From contig JAUCBJ010008675.1 of the NCBI GenBank assembly GCA_032718475.1, positions 44,769-108,768 on the forward strand: a DNA stretch of 64,000 nucleotides, read 5' to 3'. The translations under genes were made by a program, and so were the position numbers. Positions 1-13,459 of this stretch are shown piece after piece. This DNA is from Nemertoderma westbladi. Lineage: Eukaryota; Animalia; Xenacoelomorpha. Each line of letters begins with the position of its first letter. Position 1 is the stretch's first letter. The notes beneath the pieces are model-generated. The model was given only the letters and a program-made list of their open reading frames with translations. It was not told the DNA's origin and searched no databases.

Positions 1-59
1 TCAGATTGAATCGAACTCGCCCCTCAACATTTGCGTAAGTAAGTTTCGCTACTCTACCC

Positions 60-430
60 TGTTCTCTATAGGAAGATGTGTTGGATGGAGAAGGAGAGGA
101 CGTGGTGTAGCTATAATCGATACCGGGCTAATCATGCGATGCAGGCTTTTAGCGATCCCTGTATGCTCACCATCTGTTATCAGCCAACTAGCTAGGCCCC
201 TTAGGATTAGAACTACGAAACAGTTTAACATCTCCACATTGACGGAGCAGTAGCAGTATTATTCACTATTGCCTCCCCTATTGGACCTGTTAGTGTAACA
301 GTTAAGGTGGCAGTTTAAAGACATGATCATTGGAACTCAGTCAGCTGGTGTTTAAAGTGCTCCATCGAAGAACGTCGATACAGTTTATCGTTAGTCGTAG
401 AAAGACGTCATCGATTTTCCTGGATGTGCC
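60..430 (+). mobile_element. Decayed LINE APE-endonuclease fragment
   Basis: Reads WRRRGRGVAII at about 85-118, resembling the R..R.GGGVAI endonuclease motif; frames are broken. Confidence 0.35.
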
Positions 431-1004
431 ATCAAAATAAGAAGTCTTACACACAGCACCCCCATACAGAACGCCATACAACAATAGCCCGAGGCGTATA
501 TATACAGGGCTAGATTTTCTGCACACAGCTTGTCATTGATCGCTTCCCATCGATTGTTCATCAATTAGAGCACCAATAGTGCCAACTAACGTCCTCAAAT
601 TATATGTTCTCTTAAATCTTTGATTGGAAGCCCGCTGTTTCATTAACCTGACACGATATAGGCTCTATTATGCCAATTTCAATGCATTATTCACAAATCG
701 ACATACACTGTTGTTTAGGTTTAAGGAAGTTATTTTACATTTTTAAAACTGTTTTTTTTATTCTCTCTGACCATCCCTTTCTTTAGTGAATAAATTTCAT
801 GATTCAGTGTCCACCGCTCTTTAGAAATAAGTATCACAGTTGCATATGTACTATTTCCATTCTAACTCGATGGGCATAACTGTAAAATGTATACAATCGA
901 GCGTAACGTATGAGTAGGTTTAGTAACATCAGTAATATATTACAAAATATAGTTCTCTGTTATAACACATCACATTGTGTGCTATGTTGTAGGTGAACTT
1001 CCTG

Positions 1005-1194
1005 TAAACGTGTCCTCCTGATGTACGTAGGTGAATGTCCGTAGGTACATGTACTTGACAGTGCATTTGCACGCCCCTGCATTCCCGATGAAACCCCCGC
1101 AATGTCTTTTATTCTCATGGTATTTTATTATCACTCAGGTAAATTTCCTACCCGTTGTGTCATAACAAACAAACCGAGAACTTCACTTGTAGAG
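1005..1194 (+). repeat. About 190-bp dispersed direct repeat (second copy about 2241-2406)
   Basis: Both copies share cactcaggtaaatttcctacccgttgtgtcataacaaacaaaccgagaacttcacttgtaga exactly, with a more diverged 5' part. Confidence 0.8.
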
Positions 1195-1204
1195 ATAGTA
1201 TAAT

Positions 1205-1575
1205 AGATTTAGTTCCATGGTACACGGAGAGGATTTCTATTGAAAAACGTAAGAAACGCCAATTGGAGAGGAAGTATCGGAAGCCCGGCCTTGTAGATAA
1301 AATGGCATTTCGAGATCAGTGTAATACCATATCTAAAGCAATTGAGTCGGAGAAAGAAGTTTATTATAAGCGTACCACTTCTGAAAATAAAGGCGATCCA
1401 AAAAAAACTGTTTGGAATTATCAATAGTTTGATATCTTCCCATACTAAAGGTGTGTTGCCTCAGCATGATACTGAAAGTGAGATAGACTTGGCAGAATCA
1501 TTCGCGAACTTTTTCGAGAACAAGGTTGCTGGTATTAAAGATACTTTGGAATGTGCAAATGCCAATAGTAACAGT
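1205..1575 (+). mobile_element. L2/CR1-type LINE fragment (linker between endonuclease and RT)
   Basis: PWYTERISIEKRKKRQLERKYRK...GDPKK, then after a frameshift LFGIINSL...LAESFANFFENKVAGI; typical of L2/CR1 ORF2. Confidence 0.7.
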
Positions 1576-1661
1576 AAAGTGAGTGATCAAAGTGTCGACT
1601 GTCATAGAGTAAGTTTAGATGTTCATGAACATAGCAATGGAAATGTTGACGGAAATGTCAT

Positions 1662-1860
1662 GAACCCAGTAATGGTAATGGTGACGTTCGCGAACTCAGT
1701 AACGGTAATGTTGGCGTTCATGTATTCAGTATTGGTAATGTTGACGCTCATGAACTCAGTAATGGTAATGGTGACGTTCACGAACTCAGTAACGGTAATG
1801 TTGGCGTTCATGTACTCAGTATTGGTAATGTTGACGTTCGCGAACTCAGTAACGGTAATG
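1662..1860. repeat. 30-bp minisatellite, about 6.5 units, with 90-bp higher-order period
   Basis: Unit like gaactcagtaacggtaatgttggcgttcat; three variants alternate. Confidence 0.9.
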
Positions 1861-4382
1861 AAATAAATAATGTTTGGCAATTAAATTAATTACTTAATTA
1901 TATTTATTATTAATCATGTGTATTATTTCTTGTATGTATTATATAATAGTTTCCTGTAATATGAGTACAATACCATACAATTAATTAACTAGATAAATAT
2001 AATATTGCTCTTCTGCATGGAAATATTGTGTAACCATTTCGTTCATAGGTTTATTACTTACAGCATGCATTTTATATTTATATTTAGTACTTACTTATTA
2101 GGATAGAGTGCCAGCTGACCTCCTCAAGAGGTCAGTTATTATCAGTTAAAGAGGCTTGCCTCTAAACTGCCTTATATACATTATTGTATTTAAGTATGGC
2201 AATAAATAAATAAATAAATAAAAAAATGTTGGCGTCCATGTTAACGTGTCCACGTGATGTACGTAGGTGTACATGTACTTACCAATGCATTTGCACGTCC
2301 CTGCATTCCCGATGATGCACTGCCTTTTATTTTCAAGGTGAATTCACTCAGGTAAATTTCCTACCCGTTGTGTCATAACAAACAAACCGAGAACTTCACT
2401 TGTAGATATGAGACACCCGCGGTTGCGTCATTAAAACCTCCGCGAAAAGCCACAGAAACCCGGAATACTAAGAGATACATAAGAGTTGCAGAATGCTCGC
2501 AACCGTAAACTCAAGATAAAAACAATCACGATGAAGGGCTCTTAAAGCAGAATGTAAAAGAGACCGCGGCTATTGATAAGACAAAGATATCAGTTAGATC
2601 GGTTTAATGGAAACCAATGCATTCGAGATGATGATACTGTAGTTCAAGTGCTCACAGCTTTTACGAATCTGGTTACAAAGAGATCCCATGTTCAGTGATT
2701 TGCGGAACACAACATTGTACGTACGGTATACTGTTAGCTAACTGCTGCTGCCACACGGCTGCCTTCAGATGCCTAGCTTCTTATCGCTACTAGAATGTCA
2801 TCACATCAAAATATATCAAACAGGCAATTATTATTCAGTTTGGCATAATGCACTAATGTTGGATTTCAATGCTACTATATTTTTCATTAAGTGTATAATA
2901 ATTCTGGGTTGGAAAAGTGGTAGGGTGTAATATATTACACGGTTTAACATAACAAAGGTTCCTCCCTTCGGGTCATCCGTTTCGGAGTCAGGTTTTATGA
3001 AGCAGTGGGCTCCTTTTATTCTCAGTGAATACAACTCTATTGCAATGCATCCTAAGTGGCTCTCTCAATATGTCCCGGACATTAAACGATTCATTCCTGT
3101 GTTGGTTCTAATAATATAACAGCAACTGGAACTACGATAGTACATTTTATTTAATGAATTTGAATCACCAAATAACTTTAATTGTGTTGGTTAGGTTGTA
3201 TCTCTCATAATACTGTAGCTACTCACTCTTAGCAGAATGTTTGAACTTGGAAAAATGTAACAGGTTAATTATTAGTTACATGGCAAGTAAAGGGAGTATT
3301 TGAAGAAAGTTTTGGTACCAAAATAATGATGAATTAAATTGCAGCCGTTTTTACATTACATTTGAAACTAGCAACTTATATTGAATTTGATTCAAATTGT
3401 ATTCTGGTTGTTTCATGTGGGGCTTCTTAAGGGTGGGGGGGGGGGGGGGGGGTGGTCGGCGAGGAAAGCGCCGATTCACAGAGTTGTTCTAACCAAAACA
3501 ATAAACTAAAGTGGGACAAGCTAGTTTATTTTTTGCTGGTAATCAGTAGTTATTTGCGTTGATTTCTTCCTGTAGCTGGACAAATTTTAATTGCGCCAAG
3601 AGCGCCCCCCCCCCCCCCCCCCTCAAGAAATGTATAAATAATTTCAACAAATACACATGAAAGAAACACGATTTCAGTTAGAACCGCATATTCGAGAATT
3701 ATTGATTCTCGAATTTTGCAGTCATATAAAACAAACTTATCACAAATACATGCCCTGCCCATCATCAACTTGAATACATTTTCAATTACTTCGACATATA
3801 AAGAAACCAATTATTGTAAACCAATAACACTAGCGATGACAATACCGATGGTGGGTGCACGCGTGTCCATGCCATCTTGAGCGATAATCGACTGGGTGAA
3901 AAAAGGTCTGAGCCTGCAAGGGAGAGGGAGACTCATTGTGTGAATGGCCGACATAAAACTAATCTATACACTGTTAACACAACACAAAGAGAAGTCATCA
4001 ACATGGGAACATAAGGCTGCCAGAAGACAAGCTGAGAATTCACAGAAGCTTGTTTAACCAGATGCCAGTGAACGGGCCTCAATTAGCCTTCAAGTAATGA
4101 CATCTTGAAGACTCAATGCATACATACATACATCATGTGAAAGCACTCAATGAGGCAGGCAAACTTACTACAGATTAAATTTTAAATAATTTCTCTTTAG
4201 CATGCGAGAAGTACACACGTTTAATTAACTATCGGGAGTCGGCCTATTAACACCACGGTATGCAATTATACGATTACCAGTTGTAATTTAATTTGATGGG
4301 ATATCGGAGGTTATGACAGATAATTATTATATACTAGTTGCGATAATTAGCCTCTAATGGTAAAATTAATATTTTTCTAAAC

Positions 4383-4814
4383 ATTCGCCCATGTGAAGAA
4401 TACCAGATTTTCGGTCGAAATTCAACTGGAATATTTATGGCACTTATTTTTTCTATCTTATAACCTGTACATACTAATCCGTTTATTGTTTTGGTTAGAT
4501 TAAGGCCTTCTGGAACCTTTTTAGTGAAAATCTGGCCCATGTGAAGAATACCAGACTTTCTGCCGTTATATTTCACTTTGCAGTTACCCCCATGTGAAGA
4601 ATACCAGGTTTTCACCAAAAACACAGGTTACAGAAGGGCTGAATCTAACCAAAACAATAAACGAATTAGTATATGTACAGGTTATAAGACAAAAAAATAA
4701 GCGTTAAAACACTTAATAAAAATAAATAAAAAAAAATAAAAAATCTTCATATATAAAATTCCACTAAAAAGTCGACCGAAAAGTGAAATCCTGGTATTCT
4801 TCACATGGGCGAAT
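4383..4814. mobile_element. Fold-back/MITE-like palindromic element
   Basis: attcgcccatgtgaagaataccag at 4383 is inverted at 4791-4814; inner arms 4442-4501 and 4642-4702 are inverted; cccatgtgaagaataccag recurs at 4536 and 4589. Confidence 0.75.
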
Positions 4815-5460
4815 TTTTATATATTAGGGTTTAAATTTTTGAAACTTGCCTGATATTTTGAGCGTCATTTATTAAGCAAGCAAAGCATAGAGGTGTGTGC
4901 CGTAGCCGTTTCTACCTTTTGTATTCAATGCACATAGATATAATAGGAATAACAAAGCAATCGACCTTGAACTTAGTAGCTATAGGGTCATACTCAGTTG
5001 GAGAGGTCAGACAATATGTATGATGGCGTAACGAAACTAAACCACGTCTTTGAAGGTGAAGTGCTTTGTGTTGGAGTGACAATGAATGGTGACGATATTA
5101 AATGTGATTTTTGATAATAATTTTTTAAATGGTTTATAGATTCTTGTATAAATAAATGTTGCAAAATATATAACTATTCATTGTTGGAAAAAAAACACAT
5201 AAGTTATATTTTGTTGGATCGGAGCAATAAATTTTCCAAAATTATTTTTGATTTCATGAGCCAAATCCATAACCTTCCATACTAAAGTCGCACGTGGTGG
5301 ACAATAAGGCCTGCGTATTGTGCAGATTAGCTCACTTGGGGGGGCCCCTATTAACCGGGGATCCTTTATTGTTACCAGAGACCCCTATTATAAGGTTTGG
5401 TGGGGGACTAGACTGAAATCTGGGATGCGAGTGGAGACGCAATCACGTCCAATAACTCAA

Positions 5461-5569
5461 GGTCGAACTGATATCCCCAATTAAAGTGAATCACAACTGG
5501 TTTAGATCATCCGAGATGTCTGCATAAACCACATCGGAAGAGTGACCCCGGAGTTGATGAGAAATGACC
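5461..5569. repeat. 109-bp segment with an exact inverted copy at 7176-7284
   Basis: ggtcgaactgatatcccc...gagaaatgacc is the reverse complement of ggtcatttctc...ggggatatcagttcgacc. Confidence 0.9.
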
Positions 5570-6809
5570 CTTTTATATATTGTACGAGATTTATTGTCGT
5601 CGAGTAACTGTAGCATTTATAAAAAGGAGTAGTACCTATCGAAGGAGCATGGAGGATGGTTATCTCTATTGGACTACTAATAGATTGATTTCTACAACCA
5701 GTTGTGATTAAATTGACAAAGGATGATACATATATACGATGCCCGGCCCTTCTTAAACCGATTCCAAATAAGGCCCCTACTATTAATTGTTCAAAGTATT
5801 ACGGGGAAATACCGTTGGCAAAAATACCAGCATGCCTGCTGACCTTAAATGGTAATCAAGGGTCGGGCTGGCTGGTTTTTATTGCGCGGTGGAAATTTAT
5901 GTCTCAGTGACGGGGTGTGTTGGGCTATATGACAACCCCCATGCAAGCGTGTAATTTTTAATTGGCTGCCAGATTTCTTTCTATACTTGGAAACTCGATA
6001 ATATAAGTAAAAAATCTAGAATCCATGAAATAAAAGGTCACGTTTGGAATCAGTGGTCCCATTATTGAAATGTACATACATATTCGGCATCGGTTCTTTC
6101 ACGTACCTTTTGTCATTGATATGAGAAAAAAATAAGGCAGGCTATCATGAGTTATAATTATTGTATATTAAAAATTAAAAAATATTAAATTATTATTTAA
6201 AAAAAATTCAAATTGTTGTGTGTTGTATTGTGTTGTGTAATACACAATGTTGAACATATTCTGGATATTTTATGCAAAAGAAAATATAAGCCAATTTGTG
6301 AGCTATACTATCAAAATAAAAATTGTATCATCTATGAAATATAATAATATAGAGATATGTGATGTTTTACAGTATGTATAAAATTAGGGTAAAATGAAAA
6401 GATAATTAAAATTTTAGAATTAGCCAGCAAGCCACGCACATTTGAATATACAATTTACATTTATAAGGTGGCATATTTTTAAGAACATTAACAAAAAATT
6501 ATAAATAGAATAGGTATATGCATTATCATCATCAATTGAGGCTGAGGGATATATGCCTAGGATACAGAGGCGGGCTTTTCTAACCAAAACAGTAAACTAT
6601 GGTTGTTATGCAAGACTACTACAGGCAGCCCTAAACATCAGCTGGAAACAACAAATGAAAAAGTTTTAGGGTATAATACATAGTTCTTAGTCCGGCTACC
6701 TTTTACTGTTGTGGAAACTACACACCACAATGTAGGCTCTCTCCCCCGTGGGTGACCGGCTAGTAAGGCTACCGATAATAAATAGTATGTGTATTACAGA
6801 GTCTCTCGA

Positions 6810-7060
6810 GACATTGCTTTCGCCGTGAGGACCAGCCAGTGCATAATCTTGTACTTTGGCAGCCTCATGGAGTGAATAAGCATGGTGGACAGCCCATGAC
6901 TTTCTTGAGACGCATCTTAAAGGACACTGGCCTTGAAGATGCGGATGATCTAGCAAATGTCATGGGTGATAGGGAGTTGTGGCGGTGCAATTTTGTCGAT
7001 AAGCCGGCACAGCATTCTTAAAAATGCAGCTGCAATGCAGCATGCCGATCCTAGTAGTAG
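6810..7060 (+). mobile_element. 5'-truncated RTE-type LINE copy (3' end of the 22325-23356 element)
   Basis: Near-identical to 23101-23356, (TAG)n tail, flanking tctcgag direct repeat (TSD). A more decayed copy lies at about 12662-12790. Confidence 0.85.
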
Positions 7061-9137
7061 TCTCGAGGGGTATAGGATAGTTCAGACCCGGACAATTCTG
7101 ACCCATTATTAAAGATCATAGGTGGGGATAGCAATATTTTAACACAGTCAATGAAAACCGAAGCTGACCATATTTGGTCATTTCTCATCAACTCCGGGGT
7201 CACTCTTCCGATGTGGTTTATGCAGACATCTCGGATGATCTAAACCAGTTGTGATTCACTTTAATTGGGGATATCAGTTCGACCAATAAGCAAATTGTAA
7301 CCAATAAGAGGGTAAGGCTTTGTCAAAATTGAATAATTTTTGGTATATTTGTCAATCGATAACTGAAGGTGGATTTTTTTGTAAACTTATTAGCAAAAAA
7401 TTATTACTATTCACAAAAAACACTACTCTTCGAAGATGCAGTAGTTATATTTATATAACTAGCATAACAGAAACGACGCGGCCAAATTTTAATACTGACA
7501 TCAGAAATGAAATCACGGACCAAGACAATAAATAGGAAACTTTTTAGACAGATGACATTCTGACAGACAGACCGACAGCCAAACGGACAGACAGTCACAT
7601 CTCAATAATTAAGAGAGATCTCGCTAAACGGCTAATTACTAAAAATCCACACACCCTCCCTTATCGTGATAAAAATTAATATTAATTTAGGTTAAAAAAA
7701 AATTAATTACGTGCCAGAATTCTTATATTATAATGTACCATGAATTTAGTAATGAAATGATATGCTATCAATTTATTATACCAAATTATAAATAGGCCTA
7801 AAGTATGCTATTTTATTTAACTAAGTTATATGTTTTCACTAAGTTTCGAGTCATTGCTAACTAAAAGCACGTTCAGCTGTTCCGCGTTAAACAGCTGTTA
7901 ATTTTAACATGCTTGCATCCTCTACACGAGTGCACTGTGATGCAAGCAAGACGATAGACTGAGAAACAAAGTCGCAGTCGCTCTCTAATTCCCCTCCCAC
8001 ACTAGCACCTTCCAATCTCAGCATTGTTATTTTGCTACAATGAATGTACCAACTATAGGATATTGTCGCCTTAGTTCAAGTACATTAACAAGGCCCACGG
8101 GTAAATACATATTGATTTGATCGGATCAAAGATTTCATTAGGAACCCCATAAGCATTTGACTTTCAGGTTGTGCGGATGCGAATACTTGGAATAAATTTT
8201 CAAAAATTAAGACTATTAATAATTGCCTGTCCAGCAGATATTAAGAGCCACTAAAGGGACAATTTGAAAAAAAAAGAGCGCTCTTGGTAATATTAAGATT
8301 GATCTCCTGTAAAACTTTACAACGATCGATAATTAATGGTAAGACTAAAATATTGGATTGTGGTTAATATAAAAAGTGTAGGCCTATTCATTATATTTAT
8401 CAATAACTTACGTTTTATGATCTTCACCTTGATCTAGACTTGATGATCTTCGCGTTGATTTTCAAATCAGCCACAAACAATCAGATGATTCACCTTGAAA
8501 AACGTTGATCGAAAGTCGTTTCTAAGGCAACCACACTTATTTACACAGTCTATAAAGATTTATGTAATACTGAAAATCTACACTGATACTTTCTGAGCTA
8601 TGGTAGTTTGATGTTTGATGTAGTCACTTATAAGTTTCTGAAGAAGTATAGGAATTCTAGGAGAGCATCTCAAAGTTAATGCGCCACTGGTTACAGTTGT
8701 GTGGGGACAGAAGGGATGGACCAATGAGAACTAGGCGCTCCCTATTGCACAATGCTGCTATTGGATGACGTGTATTAGGGCGAGCTTCTCTGTGTCAGAG
8801 CAACATCATCACCATCATTGGGTAGAGAGTGATAGGCTGGTTGATGGCAGGAGGAGCTAAGACGCTTAACGGCGTCCCACAGTCCCTTCCTTACGCCTAG
8901 GCGATGATAACTATAGCTTCAATAACACAGACATTGCGATTTATTGCAAAACTATGGCACAAACAATGTTGTCCATTCTTATGCTATGGCACTGGCACGT
9001 ACACGACTGTGCGCGCCAATAGCTAAACACTGACGTGCACTACTATGACACAGATCAGTGGCAGAGTGGGTGCCCCGTAGGTGTACTAATATTTCTAATG
9101 ACATAGATAATAACTAAACTATCTCAACTATATACGT

Positions 9138-9259
9138 CATTGTTCATAAAATAGCACTTTATAGCGTTACAGGACAAGTGATTCTGTTTCCCGAGCGACA
9201 GCGAGGGAAATAACAAAACGAAGGCCGTAAAAGCTTTAAAGTGCTAATTATGAACAATG
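9138..9259. repeat. Hairpin element with central gagcgacagcgag; Crypton-like non-autonomous end
   Basis: Arms cattgttcataaaatagcacttta / taaagtgctaattatgaacaatg; a similar core cgagcgagcgcagcgag lies at about 25750. Family label is inferred. Confidence 0.45.
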
Positions 9260-10028
9260 GCGAATCTAATTTTATTTATTTGTGGGGAATTATTTTGTAA
9301 TTAAAAAAGCGCTTAAACTTTCTAGAACAGCCTAATAATGACGCGGTGACATACTGGATATACTGAAAATACATAGTAAATGTATGGCGTAGCTGCGGAG
9401 GGACATACTGAGAAATAATGTCGCACTGCGATAGCGATATAAAGTTGGAAAATATGTCGCTCTGGCCTTTTGGTAGTGCGAAATTAATGTCTGCTTATCT
9501 ATTTTTATAAATCGGTGCTAACTTAGCACCGAACAAGTCCATCAATTGGAGCCAAATATTTAGTACTGTAGGCCTACCAGCGCTATGTAGCAACGGTTAG
9601 AATGGTGAAGCCTACAGTATGATAGTCCTGTTAGGCAACTTGACAACTGAGAAAGTTTACAAACATAAATATGTTAAACCGTTGACTTTCTTCAGGATGA
9701 TTTAGTATTGACCAGCTAACACCGGACTAAGAATAAATAAACTTTAGGCCTGTAAGCATCACCGGTACAAATAATTACTTTCAGTTGTGATCGTTGTACC
9801 GGTAGGGTTGAGCCAAGGCCTACTAAAAGACAGGCAGACAGGCCTGGCAGCCGACTGCCTGACTCAAATCTTATAGGCCAACCTTTTTACTGCTGCTGCT
9901 ACTGTGCTAGCTACAGTGTAACAGAATGCAGATTACATGATTACTGATAATGCAGTAGACCCTAATGGCTATTCCAGTACGGTACCGGTGTTCTTTCTCC
10001 CACTTTGGTATTTGGTTAATATGGCAGT

Positions 10029-10580
10029 ATGGGAAGAAAATGCTCTGTTGGATATTGCCGATCGGGATATCTTACTCCATGTACTCAGAAGGCCGAAAGT
10101 TCCGCTTCCGAGGGCGGGCGAATAACTATCCACAGTTTCCCGAAGGATCCCGATGAACTGCAGTTCAGCAGTTATGGCTTAGGCTACCCATTTGCCGAAT
10201 GTAATAAAGTAAATTTTCTTCGGCCACTAGGCCAGGGATTACCATTACGCACAAAGTCTGACGACTTACTTCCAGTGCGGTCCCCCCAGAACTTTAATCC
10301 CCAGAGGAAACTCCAGTACTCATTTAGCTACCACTTACGGATGCAAGGCAGAGATGCGCCCTGACTGGTCCCTAAAGCATTCGTGCCGAAACGAAAACTG
10401 CCCTGGCCCATGTGAGGATCGAACCCACGACTTACGGGGGATGTGAATTCAATGCAACGCGACGCAACATGGGTGTATGCCAGAAGCATTTTCCGTATGC
10501 AGGACTGCAGGAATGGTGTGCGGATGAAACAGAGTGGTAATGGTATTAAAGTTCCCTCTGAACCCCCTTCTTTGTTTCCT
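10029..10580 (+). pseudogene. THAP-domain (P-element-like transposase) relic split by a SINE
   Basis: MGRKCSVGYC...IHSFPKDP before the SINE; GVCQKHF and VPSEPPSLFP after it, matching the THAP C2CH and AVPTIF-type motifs. Confidence 0.65.
10203..10458 (-). mobile_element. tRNA-derived SINE family A (5'-truncated)
   Basis: Reverse complement of 19030-19285; retains B box ggttcgatcc. Confidence 0.85.
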
Positions 10581-12796
10581 CTAGATGTTCCAACCCCCCC
10601 CCCCCCCCCCCCCCACCAAAACCGCGAACAACTTCACCTGTTGACAACTAAGAAAGTTTACAAACTTAAATATGTTAAAACCGCTGGCTTTCTTCAGGAT
10701 GATTTAGTAGGACATTACGGACATTTGAGGCAATCAGCTGGTGGAAATAGCAGAATAACGCAGAATAATTCATAAACATCTTTTAGTAGGCTTTAGTAGG
10801 CTTCAGATGATAACTGAACCGGTACCGTACTGGATGTAGGCCTACTCAAATATGTTTCAGTATTAAACTGGCACCAAACTTGATTACAGTGCTAATTGTT
10901 CGGTACTAAACTTGAATTTTATAGCTGGATATTTAGTATCGTACTATCTTATTGATTGCTTCATGAATACTATTTTTTCCAAGTCCGCTGATAAAACTGA
11001 GAACCCGCGGACAAGATATTGATCGATGTACACTTCTTTGGCACAAACAGCGACCTGCGCTTTTGCCGTACAACTATACTGACGTGCAACCCTATGGCAC
11101 AAACACTTATGTGTATGTAGTACTAGACCGGGTAATTTAGGAATATGTCAACTAAGCCAAGTGACGACAACCACAAATATTCATACAGAAATAAACTGTT
11201 CCAATGAAACATGTACATCTTTAGTGCAAATTATCTTGCAGCATGCTGCAATAGAGTTAATCAGTAGCATCCAAAACGCATCCGGCATGGCTGCAGGGTG
11301 GTAATGGGTTTGGCATTAAGATATTTATCGAAGTTGCACAATACTTCAGTAGTTAAATAAGCATTCAAGCATTGTAATCTATACCATGAACCCCACGAAA
11401 CACCCTGATAAAAGTTAAAAGTACCAGCTCATCAATATATTGTTGGTCAGTCCACAGTCAGTCCACAACCATAATCATAAATATAATCAAATGAGATGCC
11501 TAATTGCTAAAAGTAAAAGATAAGTTCTCGGAAAGGAATTATAAAACTAAAGCTAAAGTTGCTTGATAGTGAACTTAACTATAATTAATAATATATTTAA
11601 GTCGAGTTAGTAAGTAAAACATGTGGCTGTAATCATCAGTGAGTAAGATTCATCTACAGTATCAAAGCCCTAGGCTGTCTCAGTTTGGGAGTATTCTCAA
11701 ACAAACCTACCCTATGATGATTCCTGCCCCTGAGAGTTTGGGCAGGCAGCAAGTGGTACGCGAGGGCATACACAGCGTACACAAGCACACCCGGGAAGTC
11801 TCCGAGATAGCGGATAGAAAAACGCTCCACTGCTCGCAGCGTGAGCCCACACGTGTGAGTCACAACGTAAGTGTCCACATAGCGCGACGACCGGCATAAA
11901 TGATTGGTTTTAATATACCTATAATATTAATCTATTGTCATTGGATTTAGTCGTGTGTCGCAGTCGTGTGCATTCTCATAATAAAACAGACAATAAATAC
12001 ATCTAATAGTGATAGCAAGAAAACCAGCCAGACTATAGTGCAATCTGCTATATCTTAAAGAGTATCCCTGTCCCTTTGGGTAAGACAATTTAATGCTATT
12101 ATTGCTGAGGTAACAGATGCTTCCAGACTTTGAGTAAGACAGCGTCTATACGACAATGAATTGTACTCCATGCTCACTCAATGCAATACAATGCTCCCTG
12201 TGTCAGCAGACTTCGTTATATCCTCTTTTATCGCCGGTGTAATACCTTAATGTTATTCAATATCACTAAATCACTTTGCTAATAAACGTGACGAATAAAC
12301 TTACTGTACGTCTATGGATCAAGAAACACGCCTGTGGTCTTCAATGTTCGAGCGAGTAGTTAGTTTCTCGACTTCTAAGTCTAACTACTGTAAGCAAACC
12401 AAGATGTAAAAAACGTAAAACACAGGGGGATCTATAAGTTAGTTGTTTGTATTAAATAAGCAGCGCACGTCTGCCAACTGATCGGTAGGTGTTTCTCCTG
12501 ATAGGCTTTACCAAAAGGATAAAATTAGAAAGCACATTAGCAATATTTAGATGTTCCTATGCTAAAGGGAAAATGTGTCATTAAACGAAAATAAAATAGC
12601 CAACCTTACAAGGATAACATTGAATTTCTGGATCTCCACCCTCTTCTGAGAATAAATGTCAATGCGAATGATCTAGTTGTGGCGGCGAATGTTGTCGACA
12701 AGCCGGCGCAACATTATTCTTAATACCTGTATATATAAATATAACGCAGCAGGGCAGCAGCAATGCAGCATACCGATAGTACAGTACTATTAGCTC

Positions 12797-13459
12797 GGAT
12801 CTAGGACACTTCCCCCGGACAGTTCCAGCCCAAGTAGGACACTTCCCTCCGGATACTTCATACTTTACACTTCACTTTATCAATATGTGATGTTGAACAC
12901 AGAATACAGGTCGACGCATGTCGATTTTCCCCTGGAGAAGGAATAATTTTGATTGCATCAATAATTTTCATCCCCATCTGCTACAGTACAATTTGATGAA
13001 AACAATTAGATAACTATACCTATAATTAAAACTATTAATTATTACAATTCTATAATTCTATAGTAAAAAAAACAGTATATATCAGTCGGGGGATAGGTCA
13101 TATAATTAATTGTTTAAAGATTAGCAAACAATACAATGTAATTGCATTGATAAAATCCATAAATAAAACTCAGATACAAAATGTAAAATCAGGATGCAAA
13201 AGATCACTTTCTGAGCTAAGAAAGGAAAATTGGATACAACTTGTCAGGATACAAGCGGTCCTTACAAAATACCGGTTTACCTTACAAATTGAAAAATAAG
13301 AATGTGCGAAATTAAGAACAGTCGGGGGGGGGGGGGGGGGGGGGGTGTCCGGGGGGAAGTTTCTGGGGCTCAAGTCGCAAATGTCCGGGGGGAAGTGTCC
13401 TACTTGAACGGGGGGAACTGTCCGGGGGGAAGTGTCCGGGGGGGAAGTGCCCGGACAAC
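12797..13459. mobile_element. MULE-like MITE with repetitive TIRs
   Basis: ggacacttcccccggaca repeats on the left, inverted tgtccggggggaagtgtcc repeats on the right; TSD attagctc at 12789-12796 and 13460-13467. Confidence 0.8.

Noticed and set aside
1342-1880. 174-aa and 85-aa ORFs as real genes
   Set aside because: A LINE fragment running into a 30-bp minisatellite.
8630-8680. Hammerhead ribozyme core (ctgaagaag)
   Set aside because: No matching stems or downstream GAAA/NUH arrangement found.
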